This document shows, in pieces, positions 29,532 through 38,899 of a stretch of 64,000 nt of DNA. The stretch spans positions 91,542 to 155,541 of the forward strand of contig JAWLHR010000005.1 of the NCBI GenBank assembly GCA_041690295.1. Reading direction: 5' to 3'. How positions within the stretch are numbered: the stretch's first letter is position 1; each line of letters starts with the position of its first letter. This DNA is from Bdellovibrionales bacterium (lineage in GTDB: Bacteria > Bdellovibrionota > Bdellovibrionia > Bdellovibrionales > UBA1609). Made by a program: the position numbers and the translations under genes. The notes beneath the pieces are model-generated. The model did no database searches. It was not told the DNA's origin and saw only the letters and a list, made by a program, of their open reading frames with translations.

Positions 29532-30349
29532 CGAATGACCGGCAGGACCGGATGAAATGAGAACACCGGTCCCAAGACCCGCTCTTCAAATCCGCCCGCC
29601 AATCCAAAATCCGTTGTTCTTCGTAAAAGATTGTTCTTCAACAAGATGGTGAACCTGTGCTCGTAATCCGCCCAATGGGAATTGGGATTACAAGCCGCGA
29701 GCACGCCGATGTCAGCCGCCGGGCACCAAGTGCGCGGCGTGTTCCGACTTGTATGATAGCGAATGGCCAGCTCCACATCGAGACTGACAACGCGATCGTA
29801 AAGGGGATGGCGATTCTTAACCATCCGCAGGCGTGACACCCGGTCGATGTATTGATCGGCGTAATCAGGGGACATCGTGGGTCCGGGAACCGCTCCCGGC
29901 GCGGGTCCCATATCGACAAAAATCACGCCCGATGTGTTTTGCGCGGCTTCCGGTCGGCGATACCAGATGGCGGTTTTGCGCGGGATTCCGTTTTGCATTC
30001 CCGGCGCGCTTTGCGCGCTTTCCCTGAGAAAAACCGCAAGAGCTGTCCAGGCGGCGGGGGTATCCGCGATGCGATTGAAATCGATGCCGTTGAGAATGCG
30101 GCCCGGATTGTTGCCCAAATTAGCCGGGATCGTACCAGGGGTGTGATGAATTTCCAAAGCTTGTGAGAAAACCGTCTTAAGGAGCACTTCGGCCCGAACC
30201 GCCACCTCCTGTGCTTCCATTTTTTCAGTCATTCTCAGGTAGTTATTAACCGCCATATTGGCGACGCCGCCGATTATAAAAACCACGAGCGTGCCGATAC
30301 CGGCCGCGATCACCAACTCGGTTAAAGAAAATCCTCTTTGTAATCTCAC
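29528..30349 (-). CDS. Minor pilin, PilW-like
   Basis: QRG|FSLTELVIA with Glu5. Confidence 0.85.
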   Translation of the reverse strand: MRLQRGFSLTELVIAAGIGTLVVFIIGGVANMAVNNYLRMTEKMEAQEVAVRAEVLLKTVFSQALEIHHTPGTIPANLGNNPGRILNGIDFNRIADTPAAWTALAVFLRESAQSAPGMQNGIPRKTAIWYRRPEAAQNTSGVIFVDMGPAPGAVPGPTMSPDYADQYIDRVSRLRMVKNRHPLYDRVVSLDVELAIRYHTSRNTPRTWCPAADIGVLAACNPNSHWADYEHRFTILLKNNLLRRTTDFGLAGGFEERVLGPVFSFHPVLPVIR

Positions 30350-30370
30350 TCGAATAAAGTCTAAGTTAGG

Positions 30371-32041
30371 ATGATGTCCTTTTACAACCGCTTGCTTGTC
30401 TTTATAGGCCTACTGCTGCTTTGGTGTTTCGCCGGATTTACATCCTTTTGGACGGATTCCGAAATGTGGCCCACGGTGATTATTCGTTACTGGGGCGTAC
30501 CTGATTCGCGCTTCGATTATTCCATCAAACCTTTGTTCAATCTTTTGTTGGCCGTGACCTACTATGTAGGCGGATTCCTGGACTTTCATCCGATGGACAC
30601 CGCGCGCGGACTCATGTTTTTGAACGCGCTCTTTTGTGTTTATCTATTCTTTCGTATCATTCGCAATTTAACTGGATCTTCGGAGATGGCGCTGGTCTTC
30701 GCCGCGCTTTGGGCCAGTCACTCATTCTTCATCAAGCGGTTCATTCACGTTCGCTCGGATTTACTGGCGACAACGGCGCTTCTGGCTTTATTGACCTTGA
30801 TGTCGGATCCTCGCTGGAAAATTCGTTCGAAGGCGTCCATGATCACATTGGTGGTGCTGTTTGCCGCGTTAGGGATATCGGCCACGCCCAAAGCGGTATT
30901 GGTCTTCGGCCCTTGGTGCGCGTTGGTTTTTTGGCGGGAGTTCAGCCCCCGGGTTCGCTGGCTCCTGACGACATTAATGGGTGTTTCCGTCGCGGTCATC
31001 GCGGTTTGGGCCATTGAACATAGTCACGCCTTCAAGTTCTTCATTCGCAGTTTCAGTGGATCAAGTCTCGTCCCGTATTTCAGTTGGATCCGTGTTTCCC
31101 ACGTGCTCAGTTGGATGATTGAAAATTTCATTTTCGCCGTGGCGATGATTTTTTCGGTGGGCTATGGACTGATCCGCCGGCCGCGGATTTCCGCCGAACA
31201 CCGGCCTTACTTTGATTTGACGCTCGTCCTTCTTTTTCTTCTTTTGGCCTATCCGGAGCCATTACCGTTTTTTGTGGCCGCACTGAGTCCTTTCTTTCTA
31301 ATTTCTTTCGCCATCGCCGTATCCCAAATCGGAATGCAAACCCGCGTGTTGAAATTGTTGTTCATAATTTCGCTGCTGCAGGGAACATTTTGGTCCGCCT
31401 GGTTGATCAGGCAGCACAACGCCTTTGAACAGCGCCGGTATGTGAAGTGGATCAATAGTTTGGGTCCGGAACTCAAGGGACGTACGCTCGTGGATCCCGT
31501 GGGTTTGATCCATAAGTTCGAGCCGCTGTATTGGTTTCTTGGTCCGCACGAACCCACATGGAACACGGGATTCGCGGACTTTTTGGAAGAAAACCGGGCC
31601 GACTTCATATTGCCCAGCCCGCGATTCATGTATGGCGGAGACGAGTTGGACCAGTATCTGGTTCGAAACTACGCGGCTGGCACCAATGGAATTTTACGAA
31701 GGCAGCTGCGACTCGAACTTAAAGATCGGGAAGTCGAGGTCATGACAATTCTGTCCATAATGGAGGGGCATTTCGCGCTCGATTCGATGGAGCGTTCCTT
31801 TGAAATTCAGGTTCGGGGATTGGGTGATAACGACCTCACCGATGATGCCAATTTGCGGAGCGCGGCGGGAGAAAAGATGCCCATCCCCAAGTCGGTCAGT
31901 CTTGCGGAATTGACCCAAATGGAAGCGATAACTGTCGGTCCGGGCGCGAGTGAGATCTTGATCATGCCCTCCGAACTCTCATCTCCGCCTGAGGACTTCC
32001 TGCCCTTCGCGACGTTATTCCGATTTGATCCGGAGATTTAA
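30371..32041 (+). CDS. GT-C type (ArnT/PMT-like) polytopic membrane glycosyltransferase
   Basis: About 11 TM segments; acidic loop TDSE after TM1, KPLF and RSD motifs; soluble C-terminal domain. Confidence 0.65.
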   Translation: MMSFYNRLLVFIGLLLLWCFAGFTSFWTDSEMWPTVIIRYWGVPDSRFDYSIKPLFNLLLAVTYYVGGFLDFHPMDTARGLMFLNALFCVYLFFRIIRNLTGSSEMALVFAALWASHSFFIKRFIHVRSDLLATTALLALLTLMSDPRWKIRSKASMITLVVLFAALGISATPKAVLVFGPWCALVFWREFSPRVRWLLTTLMGVSVAVIAVWAIEHSHAFKFFIRSFSGSSLVPYFSWIRVSHVLSWMIENFIFAVAMIFSVGYGLIRRPRISAEHRPYFDLTLVLLFLLLAYPEPLPFFVAALSPFFLISFAIAVSQIGMQTRVLKLLFIISLLQGTFWSAWLIRQHNAFEQRRYVKWINSLGPELKGRTLVDPVGLIHKFEPLYWFLGPHEPTWNTGFADFLEENRADFILPSPRFMYGGDELDQYLVRNYAAGTNGILRRQLRLELKDREVEVMTILSIMEGHFALDSMERSFEIQVRGLGDNDLTDDANLRSAAGEKMPIPKSVSLAELTQMEAITVGPGASEILIMPSELSSPPEDFLPFATLFRFDPEI

Positions 32042-33003
32042 TACACTTCAAGATCGTCTAAGGATTCCACTTCGATTTGCGGGTTGGCTTGCGACTTATC
32101 CACGAAATTGAACCGGCCGCGCGCTTTAATCCGCAGTCCGCGCTTGATCAATTTGTTGCGGTCATTTTCCGCCTGAATCGGCGAACGGTCCCAAGCCGAT
32201 TGCATTTTGGTTCGCAAGGCCTCAAAAAGTTCGGGGTCCGAAAAATTGATGATCGTGTATTCGCGAACCACGCCGTGTCCGATGTCTTTTTGCAGGGCGA
32301 ACACATTGAATTTCACCTGAGGCGAGGCCGGAAAGAGAACCAGATCGCCTTCGTATTCCACCGGTTGATCGTGCAGGTCCGACATATGTTCGAGAACTTC
32401 AAGGGCGTCAGCTTCGGCCTTAAGATTCAAATGCACCGGCCATTCGGGTTCGTCACGAAGGGCGAATTTAATCTGAACCAGATCTCCGCGATCCAGCGCC
32501 GCGGCTTTATCCCGATTCGGCGGTGGAACTAAGACAGGAAGAATCGAGCCTCGATAATCCGCGACGATCATTCGGCCCTGGTCGTGTACGGCGTGAACTT
32601 TGACCACCATTTCCGACAGATGTTGAATGTCATCGGGTATGCGGATGGGATGAGGATAAGAACCCACACCGGTTCCACCGGATTTCAAAAGCTCGATGTC
32701 ACTGACTTCAATGTGAAGAAAGGGTCGGGTTCTTGAGGGAATTTCACCTCGGACGCGGATCCGGTCGTGCCGGTTTAGTGTACGGATAAACTCAATCGTG
32801 GCTTTGTTTCGCGAAGTTAACGCGAAAATTTGAAAATCAAAAAAGTCTTGGGAGTCGCGGTAGGCGGCGACCAAGCGATCCGCTTCCGGATCAATCCCGT
32901 GGACTTCAAGTTCCACGCCGGTGGTTTGCAGCTCAACGATAAAACGGTCCAAATCAATGGCATGGGTCGCGGTGGAAAAGAACAAGAAGAACGCCCAAAT
33001 CAT
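32038..33003 (-). CDS. Secreted hypothetical protein, possibly tandem OB folds
   Basis: Signal peptide; LNRHDRIRVRG, LDRGDLVQIK and RGLRIKARG segments; AGGAG RBS before ATG 33003. Confidence 0.65.
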   Translation of the reverse strand: MIWAFFLFFSTATHAIDLDRFIVELQTTGVELEVHGIDPEADRLVAAYRDSQDFFDFQIFALTSRNKATIEFIRTLNRHDRIRVRGEIPSRTRPFLHIEVSDIELLKSGGTGVGSYPHPIRIPDDIQHLSEMVVKVHAVHDQGRMIVADYRGSILPVLVPPPNRDKAAALDRGDLVQIKFALRDEPEWPVHLNLKAEADALEVLEHMSDLHDQPVEYEGDLVLFPASPQVKFNVFALQKDIGHGVVREYTIINFSDPELFEALRTKMQSAWDRSPIQAENDRNKLIKRGLRIKARGRFNFVDKSQANPQIEVESLDDLEVY

Positions 33004-33013
33004 GGTGAGACTC

Positions 33014-33832
33014 CTAACTGACAACTCGATCCACCAATGTCTCCGGCAAGGCTTTGACCATATAGGACAAAAACTTAATACCTTTACCCACGGGATATCG
33101 GTTTCGAGGTGTACGTGAAGTTAATGCGTGTTCAATGGCTTTGACAACTACGGAGACAGGCGACGCATCCCGTTCCGCTTGCTGCGCGCGCACCTTAAAT
33201 TTTTCTATGCTTCTCGCGTAAACAGCTAAAATTTCCGGTGGACACTTTTTGGACATCTCCTCATACATGGCCAGCGACCTTCGCCAAATGGGAGTTTTTA
33301 TGGGTCCGGGCTCGACAACCGCCACATGCACACCGAACTCCCGCAGTTCACGCCGTAAACTATCTGATACCGCTTCAAGCGCGAACTTCGAGGCCGAATA
33401 GGGGCCAAGAAGCGGCGGCGCGATCAATCCTGAAATGGAAGAGATGTTCACGATGCGGCCCTTCGACTCGCGCAGAAGCGGCAAGCAAACCTGGGTCACG
33501 CGAATTTGGCCGAAAACATTGATCTCGAATTGCCGACGCCATTCCTCGATGGGAACGGCTTCGAGCGGGCCGGCGATTCCGATGCCGGCGTTGTTCACTA
33601 AACCATGGATCAGACCCGAGGTCTTTTTAATTTGCCGTAAACAATCCTGAATGGATTGTTCGTTGGTGACATCGAGATAAACCGGATTCAATCCACGAAC
33701 GTTGGCTTTTTGAATTTCATTAAATGATTTTTCGTTTCGAACTCCGGCCCAAACCGTGTGGCCGGTGCGCGCCAAATGCACGGCGGTGGCGCGCCCTATT
33801 CCGGAGGACGCCCCGGAGATGAGAATATCCAT
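33014..33832 (-). CDS. Short-chain dehydrogenase/reductase
   Basis: SGASSGIG, NNAG, YSASK. Confidence 0.93.
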   Translation of the reverse strand: MDILISGASSGIGRATAVHLARTGHTVWAGVRNEKSFNEIQKANVRGLNPVYLDVTNEQSIQDCLRQIKKTSGLIHGLVNNAGIGIAGPLEAVPIEEWRRQFEINVFGQIRVTQVCLPLLRESKGRIVNISSISGLIAPPLLGPYSASKFALEAVSDSLRRELREFGVHVAVVEPGPIKTPIWRRSLAMYEEMSKKCPPEILAVYARSIEKFKVRAQQAERDASPVSVVVKAIEHALTSRTPRNRYPVGKGIKFLSYMVKALPETLVDRVVS

Positions 33833-33873
33833 TAATACCCCCTGAACAGGGGCTTTAAATCACGAAAGCGGAA

Positions 33874-34194
33874 TCAATGCAAAACGCCATTCGGCGGGTG
33901 TGAAAGATCCAGCGCGTTGATAATGGCATTCAGCTGGCGTTGAGCTTCTTCTTTTGCGGCAATGGTGGCCGAAAAAAGGTTATCTGTTTCGGCTTGGATT
34001 TGAATGCCCATGGATTCGGGAGCGACCAAAAACGTAACGCGGTAACGATTTTCCGCACTTCCGGAAGCCGATTTATCCTGAATCGCTTCAACCAAAATGG
34101 AAAGCGACCCAAAATCTTTGACAAGCGGAGCCAGATCTTGGGCTTCCTGATATAAGAACGCTCTTTCTTCGAGATTAGGATTATAAACTCTCAT
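33874..34194 (-). CDS. Hypothetical protein, possibly a divergent HPF/RaiA fold
   Basis: AETDNLFSATIAAKEEAQRQL resembles the HPF D-L-Y-A-A-I...L-E-R-Q-L helix; GAGGAG RBS. Confidence 0.5.
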   Translation of the reverse strand: MRVYNPNLEERAFLYQEAQDLAPLVKDFGSLSILVEAIQDKSASGSAENRYRVTFLVAPESMGIQIQAETDNLFSATIAAKEEAQRQLNAIINALDLSHPPNGVLH

Positions 34195-34263
34195 CTTGCT
34201 CCTCTTACATCCCAATCTGGGTTGTGCAAGAAACATGTCAAGGTGGGCGGGTATAAAGGATCC

Positions 34264-34887
34264 TTATTGTCCATAATCGGGAAACTTAGGTGGTGAAAGG
34301 GCCGGATGATTCTTCCATCCGAAGCGCAGGGGCCAGTGCACGCAGTCTTGTGTAAAACCAATGCCTATGCGGGGTCCTTCCACCAACCACGACTTTTCCA
34401 CGGTGAGGCCTTCTTCGATCCAGAGCGAGGGGTGGGTGCACAGGTCCCAGCCGTTCTGACGGCGCTCTAAATTCATGGCCGCGCAAAGCTTGCCCGGTCC
34501 ATTGGCTAATTGCTCGGCGGGAAGAACCCGCCCGCGGAATTCGCACATTTTTTCGATGCCTTCCAGCGGCTCAAGAGCGCGGATCAGAACCGCCTCCGGA
34601 ATTTCCCGTTCCATGGTAACGACATTAAAGCAAAAGTGGTTGCCGTAAATAAAGTAAATGTAACTGAGCCCCGGCGGGCCGAACATGACTTCGGTTCGTT
34701 TGGTCCGCCGTCCCCCGAAACTGTGACAGGACGGATCTTCCAGGCCGAGGTAAGCCTCGGTCTCCACGATTCTGCCTCTTAATCGCGTGCCGTCGGGAAG
34801 TTCGTGCACGAGGACTTGGCCGATCAGGTCGCGTGCCACGTCAATCGTGCATCGACGGTAAAAGTCGCGGTCCATGCGTTTGGCCAT
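34264..34887 (-). CDS. mpg: 3-methyladenine DNA glycosylase (MPG/AAG family)
   Basis: GRIVETEAY, YIYFIYG, AVLIRALEP, NGPGKLC, PRIGI. Confidence 0.95.
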   Translation of the reverse strand: MAKRMDRDFYRRCTIDVARDLIGQVLVHELPDGTRLRGRIVETEAYLGLEDPSCHSFGGRRTKRTEVMFGPPGLSYIYFIYGNHFCFNVVTMEREIPEAVLIRALEPLEGIEKMCEFRGRVLPAEQLANGPGKLCAAMNLERRQNGWDLCTHPSLWIEEGLTVEKSWLVEGPRIGIGFTQDCVHWPLRFGWKNHPALSPPKFPDYGQ

Positions 34888-34938
34888 GGCCTTTTAATAA
34901 CTTGACCACTTGCCGCCGGCAATGAGAACCAGCGAAGT

Positions 34939-35661
34939 ATGCAGGATCGAATTCAACTTGAACCCTCATGGAAAAGCCGTCTGCTTTCTGAATTTCAAAA
35001 ACCCTACATGCAGAAATTGCGCGAATTTTTGCAACGTGAAAAGGCGGCCAATAAAATCATCTATCCGCGCGGCGGGGACATGTTCGCGGCTTTGAATCTT
35101 TGTCCCTTTGATAAGGTCAAAGTGGTGATTCTCGGCCAGGATCCCTATCACGGGGCGAAACAAGCCCACGGACTTTGCTTTTCCGTCCGTCCGGGAGTTG
35201 ATATCCCCCCTTCATTGCAAAATATTTTTAAAGAACTGAAAGATGACTTGGGGATTGAACCGCCAAAACACGGATATCTTAAAAGTTGGGCGGATCAGGG
35301 CGTGCTCTTGCTGAACGCCACGCTCTCGGTTGAAGCGGGACGTGCGGGAAGCCATCAAAACAAAGGCTGGGAAGAATTCACCGATGCGATCATCCACCGT
35401 TTGAATGATGAGAAAGAAGGTTTGGTGTTCGTGCTCTGGGGCAGCTATGCCCAGAAAAAAGGCGCCTTTATCGATCGGAAAAAACATTTGGTTTTAGAGA
35501 GCGCCCATCCCTCGCCTCTATCGGCCCATCGGGGATTTTTCGGTTGCCGGCATTTCTCAAAAATTAATGAATATTTGAAGTCCAAAGGGAAGGAACCGAT
35601 TGATTGGCGGCTGCCGCCGCTGCCCAATGACGAGCCTGCCGCGCCGGAAGCTCAGGCTTGA
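34939..35661 (+). CDS. ung: Uracil-DNA glycosylase (family 1)
   Basis: GQDPYH, GLCFS, GVLLLN, HPSPLS. Confidence 0.97.
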   Translation: MQDRIQLEPSWKSRLLSEFQKPYMQKLREFLQREKAANKIIYPRGGDMFAALNLCPFDKVKVVILGQDPYHGAKQAHGLCFSVRPGVDIPPSLQNIFKELKDDLGIEPPKHGYLKSWADQGVLLLNATLSVEAGRAGSHQNKGWEEFTDAIIHRLNDEKEGLVFVLWGSYAQKKGAFIDRKKHLVLESAHPSPLSAHRGFFGCRHFSKINEYLKSKGKEPIDWRLPPLPNDEPAAPEAQA

Positions 35662-37024
35662 GCGATTCCACCCTGGCTGACGAGAAATCTTTTAAATAAT
35701 CAGTCAGCGCCTCTTCCAGTTCGCGCAAGTGAATGGAATGCGTTCGTCCAAAACGCGCATAAAGCCATTGGGTCAACGGATAGAAAAAGCCGAAGGGGTC
35801 GTCGAACTTTCTTTTGAGCTGGGGAAAATGACCCGAGTTTCCAATCCGATCCCAGAAATCGGCAAAGATCGAAAGCCGTTCGATTTGAGTTTGAGAAAGG
35901 TGCCGAGTCTCCCGAACAGTGAAAGGCGATCGCGGTGAGTACCGCATTTAGTATTCCCGGTCGTGGCGAATGATGGGCGCGCCTTTGAGCCGCTTCAACA
36001 CGCCCACCTGTATTTCATCGGGCTCAAGCGCGTAGAGTTGATTAAATCCTTCGGCGAAACTTTCCCAAGTTTCACCGGGAAGTCCCACGATCAAATCCGC
36101 ATGGGTGTGCACTCCGGTTCGACTTTTAAGATATTTGAAATTTTCGCGCACCTTCTCATAGTTTTGGCGACGGCTGACGAGTTTCGCCACCGTCTCGCTC
36201 CAGGTTTGCACGCCGATTTCAAATTGCAGGGACCCCGGTGGGAATTGTTCAATCAGTGCCTTCAATTCATCCGGTAACCGGTCGGGGACCATCTCAAAGT
36301 GAAGAAATAATCCGGGTTTCATCCGCTCCAAAAAGAAACCAAGGATTCGCGTGCTGGTGGTGGGTGACAAATTGAACGTGCGATCGACGAATTTAAACTG
36401 CTTCGCCCCGCGCTCCAAAAGCCTTTCGAGCGCGGTCAAAAATGGATCCAGCGGAAATCCGCGCACGGAAATGTCCAGAGAGGAAAGACAGTATTCGCAT
36501 TTATACGGGCAGCCGCGCGAAGCCTCGACATAAACCGTGCGGTGGGCGAGATCGTGATCGCTGTATTCGTCGTAGGGCAACACAATTTCCGCGATCTTGG
36601 GTAAAGGTGCGGAGATGATTTTCTTTTCCGGCAGGATTCCCATTCGCCAATTGCGAACAAAATCACGAAAGGAATGATCGGACTCGCCTTTAAAAACGAA
36701 ATCCACGCAGTGATAGAGCTCTTGGGTTTCAGTTTCAAAGCTGATCTCCGGCCCGCCCGCGACAATGAGCAGCTCGGGGCGTGCTTTCTTGAGATGTTTC
36801 ACCACTTCAAGCGTTTGATCGGTGTTCCAGATGTAAACGCCGAATCCGACGAGCGACGGCTCATGCCGCAAAATCTCATGGGCGATCTCCTGGGCGGGCC
36901 GTTTGGTGGTGAATTCCAAAATTTGCGCGCGTTCACGGTTTTCACCGAGATTGGCGCGCAAATATCTAAGGCCAAGACTGGCGTGGATGTAGCGGGCATT
37001 CAGCGTGGAAAGGATGATATCCAT
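35564..37024 (-). pseudogene. B12-binding radical SAM protein interrupted by a single in-frame TAA at 35948-35950
   Basis: NARYIH, VYIWN, GGPE, SRGCPYKCEYC; the frame continues ...HDREY-TAA-ATG(MRYSP...) with no frameshift. Confidence 0.75.
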
Positions 37025-37027
37025 CGT

Positions 37028-37804
37028 TTAATTGAGCGGCGTGGGTTCGCCCACGATCCAGGTCACGTCGCCGGGCTTTCCCGGAGCTTCTTCGATTTGA
37101 TCGATGCTTAATCCGTATTCGGCGAAAACTTTTTCTGCGATCTCGCGCACCCGGGTGGGGCGGCCACTGCAAATGTTGATCAATGGCGGAATTTGCGGCC
37201 GGTTAACGATTTCCGTAAGTGTTCGCGCCACGTCTTCGACTTCGATGAAATCACGCACGTAACTTAATCCGGGGATCGGCGAGAAATCGCGGCGCTGGGC
37301 CCGTTGATGAAGACCCGTCAACAGATAGCCCGGGCGCATGCTGGGTGAAAGCACGCTGAAAAAACGAACAATCACCAGTTCGGTTCGCGGAAACTCCCGC
37401 GCCAATTCCCGCAACACATTTTCAGCTTCAAGTTTGGTGCGACCGTAAACATTCAATGGCTGTGTGGGGGCGTTGATGGACACGGGCTTTTGTTCCTTCG
37501 GCTGGCCATAAACATGTGATGTGGAGGCAAAAACAAATCGCCTCACTCCCGATTGAGCCGCCGCCGTGAACCATTTGCGGGCGCCTTCCACATTCAGCTC
37601 ACGGGCTTTTTCAGGATTCTTTTCACAGTCGGAGGCGAGTCCCATGGCCGCCAAATGGAGAAAGCTTTGAATCTCACCGATGGATTGCAATTCGGCTTTC
37701 ATATTCGCTATGGAATCTTCAAGCCGGGTTTTCAACGGATTGAAACCGGACAGATAGCGCCCGATGTTTCCCGTGGAGCCGGTGAGAACGTGAACCGCCA
37801 TCAA
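37028..37804 (-). CDS. NAD-dependent epimerase/dehydratase (extended SDR, GDP-sugar reductase-like)
   Basis: TGSTGNIG, ASTSHVYG, YGRTK, RDFI; immediately downstream of gmd. Confidence 0.85.
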   Translation of the reverse strand: MMAVHVLTGSTGNIGRYLSGFNPLKTRLEDSIANMKAELQSIGEIQSFLHLAAMGLASDCEKNPEKARELNVEGARKWFTAAAQSGVRRFVFASTSHVYGQPKEQKPVSINAPTQPLNVYGRTKLEAENVLRELAREFPRTELVIVRFFSVLSPSMRPGYLLTGLHQRAQRRDFSPIPGLSYVRDFIEVEDVARTLTEIVNRPQIPPLINICSGRPTRVREIAEKVFAEYGLSIDQIEEAPGKPGDVTWIVGEPTPLN

Positions 37805-37810
37805 CCGTCC

Positions 37811-38803
37811 TCAGCGCCTTTTCTTTAAAAGTTCCAGATCGGCGTCCACCATGATGCGCACGAGATCTTTGAACTTGGTTTTCGGTTCCCAACCCAGTTT
37901 CTCTCTGGCTTTGGTGCAATCCCCAAGCAAGAAATCCACCTCGGAGGGCCGGCAGAACTGTTCGCTGGTGCGAACGTATTTCTTGTAATCCAGACCGAGA
38001 TGGCCAAACGCCTCTTCGCAGAATTCTTCCACCGAGTGAGTTTCACCCGTGGCGATAACGTAATCGTCGGGCTGAGGTTGCTGAAGCATGAGCCACATGG
38101 CTTCCACATAGTCTTTCGCGTAGCCCCAATCCCGTTTGGCGTCCAAATTGCCGAGCACTAATTCGTTTTGCAAACCCAGCTTGATCGCGGCGGCCGCGAG
38201 AGAAATTTTTCGCGTCACGAAGTTTTCGCCCCGGCGCGGAGACTCATGGTTGAACAAAATGCCGTTACAAACGTACATGCCGTAGGCCTCGCGATAGTTC
38301 ACCCCGATCCAATGGGCGTAAACTTTGGCCACGCCATAAGGCGAGCGCGGGTAAAACGGCGTTTTTTCCGTTTGCGGCGTTTCCACCACTTTGCCAAACA
38401 TTTCCGACGAGCCCGCCTGATAAAAGCGGGTTTTCATATTCAGTTTGCGAATGGCTTCGAGCATGCGCAAAGTGCCAAGACCGGTCACATCGGCCGTGTG
38501 CTCGGGAACGTCGAAACTGATTTTCACATGGCTTTGTGCCGCGAGGTGATAGACCTCATCGGGTTGAATGCTTTCAAGCAAGCGCATCAACGAGACCGTG
38601 TCGGTCAGGTCCGCGTAATGCATGTAAAGGGGGACATTGCGCGCCGTTTGATGGACAAAGTCATAGAGGTGATTGAGGCGCTCGCGCTCAAGTTGACTCG
38701 TGGCGCGGATCAGCCCATGGACCTCGTAATCTTTTTCGAGCAGGAGTTCGGTCAGGTAACTTCCATCTTGCCCGGCAATCCCCGTAATTAGCGCTTTTTT
38801 CAC
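37811..38803 (-). CDS. gmd: GDP-mannose 4,6-dehydratase
   Basis: [46 protein letters not shown]. Confidence 0.97.
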   Translation of the reverse strand: MKKALITGIAGQDGSYLTELLLEKDYEVHGLIRATSQLERERLNHLYDFVHQTARNVPLYMHYADLTDTVSLMRLLESIQPDEVYHLAAQSHVKISFDVPEHTADVTGLGTLRMLEAIRKLNMKTRFYQAGSSEMFGKVVETPQTEKTPFYPRSPYGVAKVYAHWIGVNYREAYGMYVCNGILFNHESPRRGENFVTRKISLAAAAIKLGLQNELVLGNLDAKRDWGYAKDYVEAMWLMLQQPQPDDYVIATGETHSVEEFCEEAFGHLGLDYKKYVRTSEQFCRPSEVDFLLGDCTKAREKLGWEPKTKFKDLVRIMVDADLELLKKRR

Positions 38804-38899
38804 TGGAAATCCTTCATCGAATAAACTTGGATTTCATACTATCCTTGCGCCTCAAAAGAAAGGACGATATTCAGATTTGACGGCAATATAGGGGGGCTC

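Noticed and set aside
35948..35950. Selenocysteine/pyrrolysine or alternative genetic code at the radical SAM stop
   Set aside because: The codon is TAA, not TGA or TAG, and TAA terminates many other genes in this window normally
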